A stretch of DNA of 64,000 bases from Mobula hypostoma (taxonomy: Eukaryota): positions 10,726,001 to 10,790,000 of the forward strand of contig NC_086108.1 in assembly GCF_963921235.1 (NCBI RefSeq). The letters are read 5' to 3'. The position numbers and the translations under genes are program-made. Below, in pieces: positions 25,681 through 36,948 of the stretch. The notes below the pieces were generated by a model that saw nothing but the letters and a program-made list of their open reading frames with translations, made no database searches and was not told the DNA's origin. Within the stretch, counting starts at the first letter, position 1. Each line of letters begins with the position of its first letter.

Positions 25681-26094
25681 GGGAGGGGGAAACTGGTTCA
25701 GGAGTCTGACAGCAGTGTGAAGCAGCTGCTCTTGGGTCTGGCTCCTGTATCTTCTCCCAGAAGGCAGATGAGTCTTTGCTGCATTTCCTTGTCATTTAGA
25801 TCAGGAGACTGACATCTTATGCCATCATCCAGGTATTGTCTCACAGAGGCTCTGTCGACGTAAACATTAACACCATGTGCTCTAACCTGGGCATTAACCT
25901 CTGTGTGAGATATTCCCTTTAAGAAATCCACATACAACCCCACCTCCAGTTCCACTCATCTTCGTTGCACATTCTCAAAAACATTCCAATAGGTCAAACA
26001 ATTTCTCCTTTCATGAAAACAATCTGATTTTGTTCAACCAACATTACTCACTCTAAACCTGTCATAAATTTCATCTCTTCCCCTATGACCAAGA

Positions 26095-26530
26095 TTATAA
26101 AGCCATAAGATATAGGAGCATAATTAGGCCATTCAGCCCATCTACTTCACCATTCCATCATGACTGGTTATGGTCCCTCTCAATCCAATTCTCCTGTCTT
26201 CTCCCTATCCCCTTTGATGCCCTGACTAATCAAGAACCTATCAACCTCCACTTTAAATATACCCAATGACTTGGCCTCCACAGCCAACTGTGGCAACGAA
26301 TTCCACAGATTCCCCACCCTATGAAATTCCTAAAGAAGTTCCTCCTCATCTTTGTTTTAAAAAGTTGTTCTATTCTGAGACTGTTCCCTCTGGTCCTAGA
26401 TTCCCCCACTGTAGGAAACATTCTCCCTACTCCACTCTATGTAGGCCTCTCAATATTTGGATTGTTTCAAACCTCTCTCCTTCTTCTAAAACTCCAGTAA
26501 ATACATGCCCAGAGCCGTCAAATGCTCCTT
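26095..26530 (-). mobile_element. CR1 3' fragment
   Basis: MFPTVGESRTRGNSLRI..MRRNFF and CR1 tail. Confidence 0.8.
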
Positions 26531-26544
26531 TTTCTGCTTCCTTT

Positions 26545-26845
26545 ATTTATTGATTGATTGATTGATTTATTGAGATACAGTGAGGAACAGGCCCTTCCAG
26601 CCCTTTGAGCCTCACCGCCCAGCAATCCCCCGATTTAACCCCAGCCTAATCAGGGGACATTTGACAATGACAAATTAACTTACAAACTGGGTGTGGCTTT
26701 GGACTGTGGGAGGAGACTGGAGCACCTGGAGGAAACCAACGCGGTCACGGGGAGAACATACAAACTCCTGACAGGTGGCGGTGGGACCTGAACCAGATTG
26801 CCAGTACTGTAAAACGTTGTGCTGGCCACTACGCTACCCTGCCAC
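26545..26845 (-). mobile_element. Near-complete V-SINE (HE1-like)
   Basis: A box tagcgtagtgg, B-box-like ggttcaggtcc, V-domain ggagtttgtatgttctccccgtg.., (caat)n tail. Confidence 0.8.
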
Positions 26846-27534
26846 CTTGTTTCCTTTCTCCACTCTTATGTCATCTGCCAACACCCCAGTCTTCAGGAAC
26901 CATTCCAAAATCTGTAGACATTTGGAAAATGATAACTAGAGCATCTAGAATCTCCACAGCCTCCTGTTTCTAAATTCGGCGATGCAGATCACTGAGTCTC
27001 CTGGATTCATCTGCCTTGGGCTCATCAGGGTGCAGCATTTCTTTACTGATATTAATTTCTTTTAAGTTCTCTTTTGTTCCAGATCCATGATTCTCCAGTA
27101 TTTCTGGAAGTTATTCTGTGATGACACACTCTGAGGGGGTGGACTTTTTCTGTCATTGATCTCCATTCTATGTTCTCTCTCCTTGTGCGTAGGGGAGCCT
27201 TAGTCGTCACCTCCTCTCCCTGTGTCTGCTGAGGCCTCCAATGTTCATTTTTATGTTCCTCTCATGCTTGATTTTCCCTTTTTTAGTATTATTATTTGTT
27301 GAATTCTAAAACACGCCCCACTCCTCTGCTGTCCTGCTCTTCTGGTCATGTTGTAAGCTCTGGCCTTGGATTTACCTCTGGCTTTACACACCAAGTTCCC
27401 AGCCTCACTCCCTCACTGTAAGTATACATAGACCAGTGCAGCACAGGTACTTGTTTGTCATTGGCTATTTCACTTGCTTTCAAATACCGTTCAATTATGT
27501 GATGGAGAACGCTCGGTAAACGCTCTCCGTACAC

Positions 27535-27910
27535 ATAGAGTCATAGCAAAGTACAGCCCAGCAACAGACTCTTTGGCCCATCTGGTCCATGTCAAAGCCA
27601 TTTCAATTTTGTACTCCCACCGACCTGCACCAGGACCATAGCCGTCCATACCCCTACCATCCACGTACCTATCCGAACCTCGCTGAAACTTTGAAATCGA
27701 GCTTGCATGCACTGCTTCAAATGGCAGCTCTTTCCACACTCTTATCACCCTCTGAGTGAAGAAGTTTCCCCTCATGTTCCCCTTAAACTTTTCACCTTTC
27801 ACTCTTAACCCGTGACCTCTGGTTGTAGTCCCAGTGGAGAATCCCTGCTTGCATTTACCCTATCTATACCCCTCATAATCTTGTATACCTCTATCAAATT
27901 TCCTCTCAAT
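27535..27910 (-). mobile_element. CR1 3' fragment
   Basis: FKGNMRGNFFTQRVIRVWKELP. Confidence 0.85.
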
Positions 27911-27949
27911 TTTGTGCACGCACACATGCACGCACAGCTTTGTCATTTT

Positions 27950-29028
27950 GCTGTCATTACACTGAGTGTGAGCACTCCAGTATCTTCTCTGCTATATTCT
28001 TATAATGGGTCCTAAACCAAGCTGATAGGCTCAGTTTGGCTTTATGATGCTTTTCCCACCAAACACAGCAGAATATTCCATTTCTTTAGTAATGAGGATG
28101 TGTAAATGGGTACATGTTGTTTGTATACTGCATTTAATGTAGACATTGCTGTTTATTTTGTAATGATTGTAACTCATTGTGGGATGCAACATATTCTAAT
28201 TCATGTGTAGTTTCAAGTTAACCTTGTGGGTAATTAAAGACAGTATTGTATGTCCTGGTGTAAAAATTATGAGCAGGTCACTCTTGGTAAGACAGACAGA
28301 GATCAAGCTGCCAGGATTTTTATACTGGACATAGCATGTAGCTATAATTGTGATTTCTGGGAGATATCTTTTTATAAATATTGTCAGTTTTCTTTTCACT
28401 ATTTTTGCTAATTTTTGCAAGTTTGACTTTTTTGACACACCGAATAAACACTCTTGCATGAGAGTGCTAAGCAACCCCAGCCATTTTTTCTTTTGTATTG
28501 AAATCCGTGTATATTAACAAATTAGCTCTGTATACAAGCCAGTTATCTACTGTGCAATTGAACAGGTCTATCTTTCCGATGTATCCAGCCATTTCTACCC
28601 TTTTTATTATTACCGTTTGGTATAGTTTATGAACCCGTGAGTTCTCCAATTTCTATTTTTTTAAAACTCGATCGTGTCTTCCCCTCTGAAGAACATGTGC
28701 CGCACTGCTTTTTTTAAAAACTCAAACTTCTCACTGCAATTCAACAGGTAGATGGTTGTCCCAGGTTCGCTTTAAAAATACCTCGTCGCCTCTTTTATGT
28801 TTTGTAGCTTCAAAAGAAGAAAAGCAAGGAGCTGAGGGATGTGAGTCTAAATTTGTTCTTTACCGTAAGCAAGGTGTGCTTGTATCACGTGGTGGTATCA
28901 TGACGTATGCGACTTACATATTTTTTACAAATAACCACAATGAATTATGTAAACAACAAACAATGCTTAATCAAACAATACATAGTTATAAGATTATCCA
29001 ATTATTACTGAAATGTTAGGTACACAAT
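27950..29028 (-). mobile_element. Gypsy remnant: 5' LTR (about 28793-29028), PBS and decayed gag
   Basis: PBS-like GGCGACGAGG at 28781-28790 (minus); gag start MAGYIGKIDLFNCTVDNWLVY. Confidence 0.7.
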
Positions 29029-29324
29029 GTAAGCCCACAGTCAGATCATAGACCAGTACAGCATACGATCAGGCCCTATAGCCCGCAATGACTGTGCTGA
29101 ACACAATGCTGAATTAAATGAAATCTTTTCTGCCTACGCGTAGTCCATATCCCTTCATTCCGTGCCTATTCATATCTAACACCTCATATCCAATCTGTTT
29201 CCACCTGTCCCCCCAGCAATCTGTTCCAGGAACCAATCACATATTATGTGTTTAAAAAAATAGCCAGCACATCTTCTCTCAACCCTCCCTCTCCAACCTT
29301 TAAATGTACATCCTCCAGTATTTT

Positions 29325-30415
29325 AGATTTAGACCATATGATATTGGAGCAAAATTCATCCATTTGGCCCATCGAGTCTGCTCCACAATTTCATCATGGC
29401 TGATCCATTTCCCTCTCAGCCCCAATCTCCTCACTTCTTCCCGTCCCCTTTCATGCCCTGACTAATCAAGAGTCTATCAATCTTCTGCCTTAAATATACC
29501 CAATGGGTTGGTCTCCACGGCCACCTGTGGCATTGAATTCCACAGTTTCATCACTCTGTGGCTAAAGGAATGCCTCCTCATCTCCGTTCTAAATGAATGT
29601 CCCTCTATTCTGAGGCTGATTTCTATCCTAAGTAACAAGAATCCAACTGTCTGTTCCATCTATGCCTCTCAAAATATTATAAACCCCCTTTCTCTTGGGC
29701 CTTTAGATCCCAGTGGAGCATCGGCCATCGATAACCTCCCATCACAGTCATTCTCTGAAGTCGATGGCACGGTTGGAGTTCATCAACGATTCTGCAATCC
29801 ATTGTATCCGCTGTACAGGGATTGGCCTGTATAGCTTTACCAGAGCCCTGCTGGCTGGCCTTACCCTTCTCCATCTCTCACAACGGGGACGTAGAGTTGG
29901 ACTTTGGGAAGTATAACCTCTTTGAAACCCCTCAACCCCTCAAATATGTTCCATCTCAGAGGGTCACATGAGCAGCACAGTGCTAGTGATGTGTTGGAAC
30001 GCAATACAGTTCAAACGTCAAGAGGTTATGTTGCAAATTTACAGAAATCTGGTGGGGCCACATCTGGATTATTGCATACTGTTCTCTCGCCCCACTATAG
30101 GAAGGATGTTGAGGCTTTGGAGAAGAGGTTTACCAGGATGCTGCCTGGTTTAGAGGGCATGTACTATCACAAGATAAACTTGGGTTTTTTTTCTCCAGAG
30201 TACCAGAGGCTGAGGGAGCGGGCAATCTGATAGAGGTTTATAAGATTATGAGAGGCATAGATAGAGTGGACAGAGAGTATCTGTTTCCCAGGGTAGAAAT
30301 GTCAAAAACCAGAGGGCATGCATTGAAGGTGAGAGGGGGTAGGTTCAAAGGGGATCTGAAGGGGTAAGTTTTTTTACTCAGAGTGGTGTATGCCTAGTAT
30401 GGTAGTAGAGGCACC
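29325..30415. mobile_element. CR1 fragments (- about 29325-29620; + about 29990-30415)
   Basis: MRRHSFSHRVMKLWNS; SPHYRKDVEALE..FTRMLPGL. Confidence 0.75.
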
Positions 30416-30589
30416 CTGGTGAACTTCTGCACCTTCTCCACTTCCGTCCTGTAATGGAGTGACCAGAACTGAGCACAAGGCACCAAAAGCCCCCTAACCA
30501 AGGATGGGGCAGAGTTTAGCACAGTTCGCAGTGAATTCCTAATACATGTAATAGAAGGTGAATAAAGTTGATCCTTAAAGAGACTTTTA

Positions 30590-30668
30590 CAGGGGTTCCA
30601 ACCTGGGGTCCATGGACCCCTTGCTTAATGGTAATGGTCCATGGCATAAAAAAGGTTGGGAACCCCCG
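30590..30668. mobile_element. hAT/Charlie MITE
   Basis: caggggttccaacc ... ggttgggaacccc. Confidence 0.75.
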
Positions 30669-30774
30669 AATCTATATCTCTTGTGTGAACTGACACATCT
30701 TGGGTAAACTCACACTTTTGAGTCCACAGCTCTAGTGTAAGCCCATATCTCCTGTTGAAACTCACACTCTCATG

Positions 30775-31051
30775 CAGGGGTTCCAAACTTTTTTTATGCC
30801 ATGGACCAATATCATTGTAGGTTTTTGTAACTAAAACAGCAGAGACATTTTACGTTTAAGGGAAACTGTAACAACTTCTTTATTCCCAACCAAGCACAGA
30901 ACATAAAACGCGGTAAAAAAACGTCACAACATCGTGTCGTCACCTCAGATCAGCCTCTTAAAGTGAACCCCAACTCAATGTGGGTGGTTGTGAATTATAC
31001 ACATGTTTCCACCCATTGCATTACCCGTGGAGCCCAGATTGGGAAACTCTG
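30775..31051. mobile_element. hAT/Charlie MITE interrupted by an LTR-like insertion (about 30826-31025)
   Basis: TIRs caggggttccaaac / gattgggaaactctg; TSD-like ctctcatg / ctctagtg; insert shares ctcttaaagtgaac and ttgtgaattat with 52979-53215. Confidence 0.65.
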
Positions 31052-31649
31052 CTCTAGTGTTACCCACACCTCCTGCAGAATTAGGATGAAAATATAAACA
31101 GTGTTAGCCAGGCAGGAACAGTTTGGATAATGATAACACTCGTACAGTTCTGTAATCAATCATGGGTTTCAGGCACTCTTTAATCCATGCTTTCAAACAG
31201 CAATCTCCATATTAAACTCACACAACAGGCATTGCCTTTTTCAGAACTCATCATTTATTGATGAAGCCGGTCTGATCTGCAGACTTGCAATTTGTATCTA
31301 ATTATTTCAAAGCTCGAGCCTCCTAAGCTTGAGGTGCTGCTGACACCCTGTCACCTTCCACTTCCTCTCTCTGCCTCACCCATGAATCACTCGAGGAGAA
31401 GTGCTCCTTGCTGCTTATTGCAAAACCTTCCCCGAGGATGTGGCAGTGATTTCCATACGGTAGCTTGGGAAAGGTGGCAGCAGGGAGATTCAGGTCTGTT
31501 TGACATGGGCAAGCATGAGAACCACAAATGTGTCTGAGGAACCCTGGCTTGGTTGCCCCAGAGCCTGCCTATGCTAGTATTGCAATCACTCGAGTCGAGT
31601 TTGATGTCTATTGCTGGGTCCATCCGAGGCTGATCCGGGATCCACATGT

Positions 31650-32265
31650 CAAAGTCAGATTGGATATCACCAAGACTTGTCATGAAATCTGTTATTATGC
31701 AGCATTATTATGCAATTCATAATAATGAAAACCGTGAATTAAAGTGTATACATAATACAAATGTTTGTAGTTAAATAAGTAGCACCAAAAAAGTTAGTGA
31801 GGTCATGTCCATAGGTTCAATAACCATTCAGCAATCAGATGGCAGAGGGGAAGGAGCTGTTTCTGAGTGTGTGCCTTCAGGCTTCTGTACCTTCTTCCTA
31901 ATGGTAGCTATGAGAAGAGGTGGTGGGGGTCCCTAATGATGGACGCTGCCTTTTTGCAGCATTGGTCCTGGATGATGTCCTGGATATTACAGAGGCTAGT
32001 GCCTGTGATGGAGCTGACTGAGTTTACAGCTCACTGCAGCTCATGTTAATCCTCTGCAGTAGCCCCCTGGCCATACCAGACGCTGACGCAGCCAGTTAGA
32101 ATGCTCTGTATGGTACATCTGTAGAAATTTGCAAGTGTCTTTGGTACAAAATCTCCTCAAACTCCGAATGAAATATAGCCACTGCCATACCTTCTTTGTA
32201 GCTGCATCAATACGTTGGGCCCAGGATAGATCCTCAAAGATATTGGCACCCAGGATTTGTGGCTG
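31650..32265 (-). mobile_element. Rex-Babar 3' fragment
   Basis: KKAASIIRDPHH, GRRYRSLKAHTQ. Confidence 0.75.
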
Positions 32266-32439
32266 CTCTCAGTCCTTGTGTTCACAGCCATGCTCTCCTG
32301 TTCTCTGGTCTGATCTTGTGGGGAAGCTTACTGCCAGCACGCTGTGGACCAAACTCTTTCTGTGACCAACGATCTGTTCCCTGACTTGTATTTTGGAATC
32401 CATCATGGCAGACGTGTCTTCACTACACAGCCTTGTGAG

Positions 32440-33000
32440 ACCTCAGGACCCAGGCCACCCGATTCAGGGACAGTTATTACCCCACAAGCATCAGGCTCCT
32501 GAACCAGTGTGGATAACTTCACTTACCACAATGATCCTCAGGTCCCACACCACCAGGTTCAGGAACAGTTATTACCCCACAACCATCAGGCTCCTGAACC
32601 AGTGTGGATAACTTCACTCACCACAATGAGCCTCAGGTCCCACACCACCAGGTTCAGGAACAGTTATTACCCCACAACCATCAGGCTCCTGAACCAGTGT
32701 GGATAACTTCACTCACCACAATGAGCCTCAGGTCCCACACCACCAGGTTCAGGAACAGTTATTACCCCACAACCATCAGGCTCCTGAACCAGTGTGGATA
32801 ACTTCACTCACCACAATGAGCCTCAGGTCCCACACCACCAGGTTCAGGAACAGTTATTACCCCACAACCATCAGGCTCCTGAACCAGTGTGGATAACTTC
32901 ACTCACCACAATGAGCCTCAGGTCCCACACCACCAGGTTCAGGAACAGTTATTACCCCACAACCATCAGGTTCCTGAACCAGTGTGGATAACTTCACTCA
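32440..33000 (+). repeat. 95-bp tandem array (about 6 units) derived from the Rex-Babar ORF end
   Basis: Unit encodes HTTRFRNSYYPTTIRLLNQCG*; ORFs recur at 95-bp offsets. Confidence 0.95.
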
Positions 33001-33099
33001 ACTTCACTTACCCCATCACTGAAATGTTCCCACAATCTATGGATTTACTTTCAAGCACTCTTTATCTCATATTCTCGATATTTATTGTTTATTTATTTA

Positions 33100-34137
33100 T
33101 TAGGAGGCAAAGAGTGGGAATAAAGGGAGCCCTTTCTGGTTAGCTGCTGATGATTAGCAGTGTTCCATTGGGGTTTGTGTTGGGACTGATTCTTTATACG
33201 TTATATGTCAATGATTTGGATGATGGAATTGATGGCTTTGTTGCAAAGTTTGCAGACAATATAAAGATAGGTGGAGGGGCAGGTAGTTTTGAGGAAGTGA
33301 GAGGCTACAGAAGGACTTGGACAGGTTAGGAGAGTGGGCAAAGAAGTGTCAGATGGGATAGTGTTTGGGAAGTGTGTGGTCACGCACTTCAGTAGAAGAA
33401 ATGAAAGTGTTGACTATTTTCTAAATGGAGAGAAAATACAAAAAAAGCTGAGGTGCAAACGGACTTGGAGGTGCTTGTGCAGGATTCCCTAAAGGTTAAT
33501 TTGCACAATTGAGTATGTGGTGTGATGTTAGCATTCATTTCAAGAGGATAAAAAAGCAAGGATGTTACAAAGCACTGGTGAGGCTTCTCTTTGGAGTGTT
33601 GTGAGCAGGTTTGGGCCCTTTAATCTTAGAAAGGATGTGCTGACCTGGAGAGGGTGCAAAGGAGGTTTGCAAAAATTATTTCAGGATTGAATGCTTGTCA
33701 TATGAAGAATGTTTAATGGCTCTGCGCCTGTATTCACTAGAATTTAGAAGAATGAGGGGTAACCTCATTGAAACTTATCGAATGGTGAAAGGTCTTGATA
33801 GAGTGTACGTGGAGAGGATTCTTTCTAAGGAAGGAGCGTCTAAGAACAGAGGACATCCTCAGAATAGAGGGGTGTCCTTTCAGAATGTAAATGGGGAAAA
33901 ATTTCTTTAGTCAGAGTGGTGAATCTAGGAAATTTGTTGCCACAGACACCTGTGGAGGCCAAGTCATTGGGTATATTTAAGGCAGAGGTTGATAGATTCT
34001 TTATTGGTCAGGGCATGAAGAGATACAGGGGGAAGGCAAGAGGTTGGGGCGGAGAGGAATATTGGATCAGCCATAATGAAATGGCAGAACAGACCTGATG
34101 GGCCAAATAGCCCAATTCTGTCCTATCTTATGGTCTA
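33100..34137 (+). mobile_element. Decayed CR1 inserted in a Rex-Babar 3' tail
   Basis: KFADN.K, LYSLEFRRMRGNLIETY; the Rex-Babar tail resumes at about 34138-34310. Confidence 0.85.
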
Positions 34138-34584
34138 ATTATTACTATTTTGTCTTTTTTTTTGTATTTGCTCGGTTTGTTGTCTCTTTCACACTGGTTG
34201 CTCACCCTGTTGGTGCACTCTTTCATTGATTCTATTATGACTATTGGATTTATTGAGTATGCCCGCAAGAAAATGAATAAACTTTGATAATCAATTTAGT
34301 TTACACTTTGAAAGGTAAAGAGCAGTACTAACCACCGTGTGTGGCCTTTTCTGTCATAACAAACGCATGACTCATTCTGTATTGAGCCTCTGTAGAACAT
34401 TTTCACAGGGTTGGCTGTCCGTAGACATTTTCTTCCACCGTAAGTCTGTTGTACAATGGCAGCAATAGCGCGATGCTTACCAATGGGGTTTCAATATGGC
34501 CAATCACGGGCTCTCAGTTATTCTGTTATTGTCACCACAGCATGTCTGTTTGCCCGGCTTCAGATCTCTGTCCCATTTCATGAC

Positions 34585-35102
34585 CGTAAGATATAGGAAC
34601 AGAATTAAGCCATTTAGCTCATCAAGTCTGCTCTCAGCCTCAATCTCCTACCTTCTCCCTGTATTCCTTCATGCCCTATTCAAGAACCTATCAAGTTCTG
34701 TCTTAAATATTCCCAATGACTTGGCTTCCATAGCTGCCCGTGGCAACAAATTCCACAGATTCCCCACTCTCTGGCTGAAGGAATACCTCCTTATCTCCAT
34801 TCTAAATGGATGTCCCTCTTTTCTGAGGCTGTGTCCTCTGATTATGCTTGTTATTAGAGTCACAGAGTCACGGAGCGCCGTAGCACAAAAAGAGGCCCTT
34901 CGGCCCATCTTGCCATGCCAAACTGTTATTCTGTCTCATTCCATTGACCTGCACCTGAACCATAGCCCTCCATACCCCTCTCATCCATGTACCTATCCAA
35001 ACTTCTCTTCAATGTTGAAATCAAGCCTGCAACCACCACTCCCTCTGGCAGCTTGTTCCATACTCTCACCACCCTGTAAGTGAAGAAGTTCCCCTTCAGG
35101 TT
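34585..35102 (-). mobile_element. Two CR1 3' fragments
   Basis: RGHSLRK..FSQRVGNLWNLLP; FFTYRVVRVWNKLP. Confidence 0.8.
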
Positions 35103-35142
35103 AACTTCTTCACTTACAGGGTGGTGAGAGTATGGAACAAGC
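35051..35142. repeat. Perfect inverted repeat (40-bp arms, 12-nt loop)
   Basis: 35051-35090 is the exact reverse complement of 35103-35142. Confidence 0.95.
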
Positions 35143-35149
35143 AACATCA

Positions 35150-35300
35150 TCTTTTTTCCTCCAGTCCTGATGAAGGGTCTCAGCCTGAAATGCCAACTGT
35201 TTGCTTTTTTCCACAGATGCTGCCTGACTTGCTGAGTTCCTCCAGCACTGTGTGTGTGTTTCTTTAATTTCCAGCATCTGCAGATTTTCTCTTGTTTGTC
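35150..35300 (+). mobile_element. Penelope-like element end with degenerate hammerhead motif
   Basis: cagtcCTGATGAagggtctcagcctGAAAtgccaactg plus the shared tail gatgctgcctgac.tgctgagttcctccagc. Confidence 0.7.
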
Positions 35301-35414
35301 CTTGTAAATTTCCTCTATACGCTTTCATTTATTTATTGTTTGTATTTATTGTTGCATTTATTGCCATACACACTGTTTATTCCATGAATTTCCAGTGCAC
35401 AAGGAGTTCCATTA

Positions 35415-36022
35415 AACCCTGGTGTACGTAACAAACTCTGAGGCCTCTGTCGGCCTCTGCCGGCTGGGCCTGACCGTAGATGTTGTAAATAGGCAGCCAG
35501 GCCAGTACAATATGGAGAGCGAGCTGTTGCCTGTGTAGCAAACTCCCCCTCACCATACGTCTGATGAACACAAAGGAATGGCAGAGACTGATACAGTTTG
35601 GCACCAGAGGTGTCGCAGGTGTTCCCAGTCAATATTGAACTCAACGTAGGTCTGCCTCAGGGACTTTAGCTCCTTTATTTAACTCCCCCCCAGGATTTAC
35701 TCCTGAAGCCTTCCCCATAAGTGGGTATAGCCGTAAAGCAGCGGAGGTTTGAGATCAGAGTTTTACCTTCTCCTAGGTGAGCTGCTGATCACAGCTGATA
35801 AATCCATCTGTCTGAAGCGACTGGTTTTCAGGTGCCAGTAACCCACCTTTGTCCTTTCTCCTGTCAGTGGAAACTGTTCCACCGGGCTGAGTAGCTGAGC
35901 TACACGCGAAGGCCAGGAGCTGGACTTGGTTGTCAGAGGCTATTTGAGGTGCATGCCATTGGGAACATTTAATAGGTAGTGGGAGCTTATCCCCATTACC
36001 ACTCCTGGCTAAAACAACCTTA
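35415..36022 (-). mobile_element. RTE-clade element 5'UTR-derived copy
   Basis: Homologous to 53220-53529 + 54712-55024; ctaggagaagg.aaaactctgatctcaaac motif recalled from RTE 5' regions. Confidence 0.55.
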
Positions 36023-36224
36023 AGGAATCTATGTGACAAAGTAATCTAATCTAATCGGAAGGAACTGCTTAGCACGAAGAGCAGTCAGGTAGGAGCAGGA
36101 TTTGATTAGACCCACATGCTGAGAAGAGGCTCTATTGTGTCAAATAGTGGGGCCTCTGACACATCAAGGTGAGCGGCACCATGGTATTGGGTAGACTTGT
36201 CTTCAAAGGTGTCTAATGCTGACA

Positions 36225-36897
36225 TAGTTGTGGGACTGCTTCGTCGAGCGTTTTTGCTCCGTCCGCCACAAAAGCCAGGACTTCCCAGTGGTCACCCATT
36301 TCAATCCAACTTCCCATTCCGACGTGTCTGTCCACGGATTCCTCCACTGTCATGATGAGGCCTCTCAAAGTTGGGAGCAGCAACTCCTCATGTTCTGTCT
36401 GGGTAGCCTCCAACCTGATGGCATGAACAGCAATGTTCTCCAACTTTCGGTAATTGCTCCTCTTACTCTCTTCCATTCCCCATCCTAACCCCCCCTTTAC
36501 CCCTTCTCTCCTCCTCACCTGCCCATCACCTCCCTCCTCCTTCTCTTTTACCCATGGTCCCCTATCTTGGAGCATCAGATTTCTTGTTCTTTCGTCTCTT
36601 ACCTCTTCCGCCTATCACCTCCTAGCTTCATACTTCATCCACCCTCCTCAAGCCTCCCACCTTCCCCCTTACCTGGTCTCACCTATCACCTGCCAGTTTG
36701 TACTCCTTCCCTTCCCCCTCCCTCCACCCACCCATCACCTTATTCCAGCTTCTTCCCCTTTCCTTTCCTGTCCTGAGTCACAGCCCAAAATGTTGACTGT
36801 TTATTTCTCTACATAGATGCTGCCTGACCTGCTGAGTTCCTCCATATTTTGGGTGTGTTGCTGTGGATTTCCAGGGTCTGCAGAATTTCTTTCGTTC
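36225..36897 (+). mobile_element. Penelope-like (Neptune-type) element 3' part: GIY-YIG end + pLTR
   Basis: FPVVTHFN..SHSDVSVHG...EQQLLMFCLGSLQPDGMN, pyrimidine-rich UTR, shared tail; hammerhead core partly deleted. Confidence 0.8.
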
Positions 36898-36910
36898 TTG
36901 ATAATGCTGC

Positions 36911-36931
36911 TTCTTTCTTCTTCCTCCACAG
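36911..36931 (+). promoter_or_regulatory. Splice acceptor (polypyrimidine tract + CAG) of the LRFN coding exon
   Basis: ttctttcttcttcctccacag, 17 nt upstream of the ATG. Confidence 0.85.
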
Positions 36932-36948
36932 AACCTCTGGTCTGACTG

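Noticed and set aside
32440..33000. CRISPR-like array or repetitive protein gene
   Set aside because: No spacers; the unit is a LINE fragment and contains a stop codon
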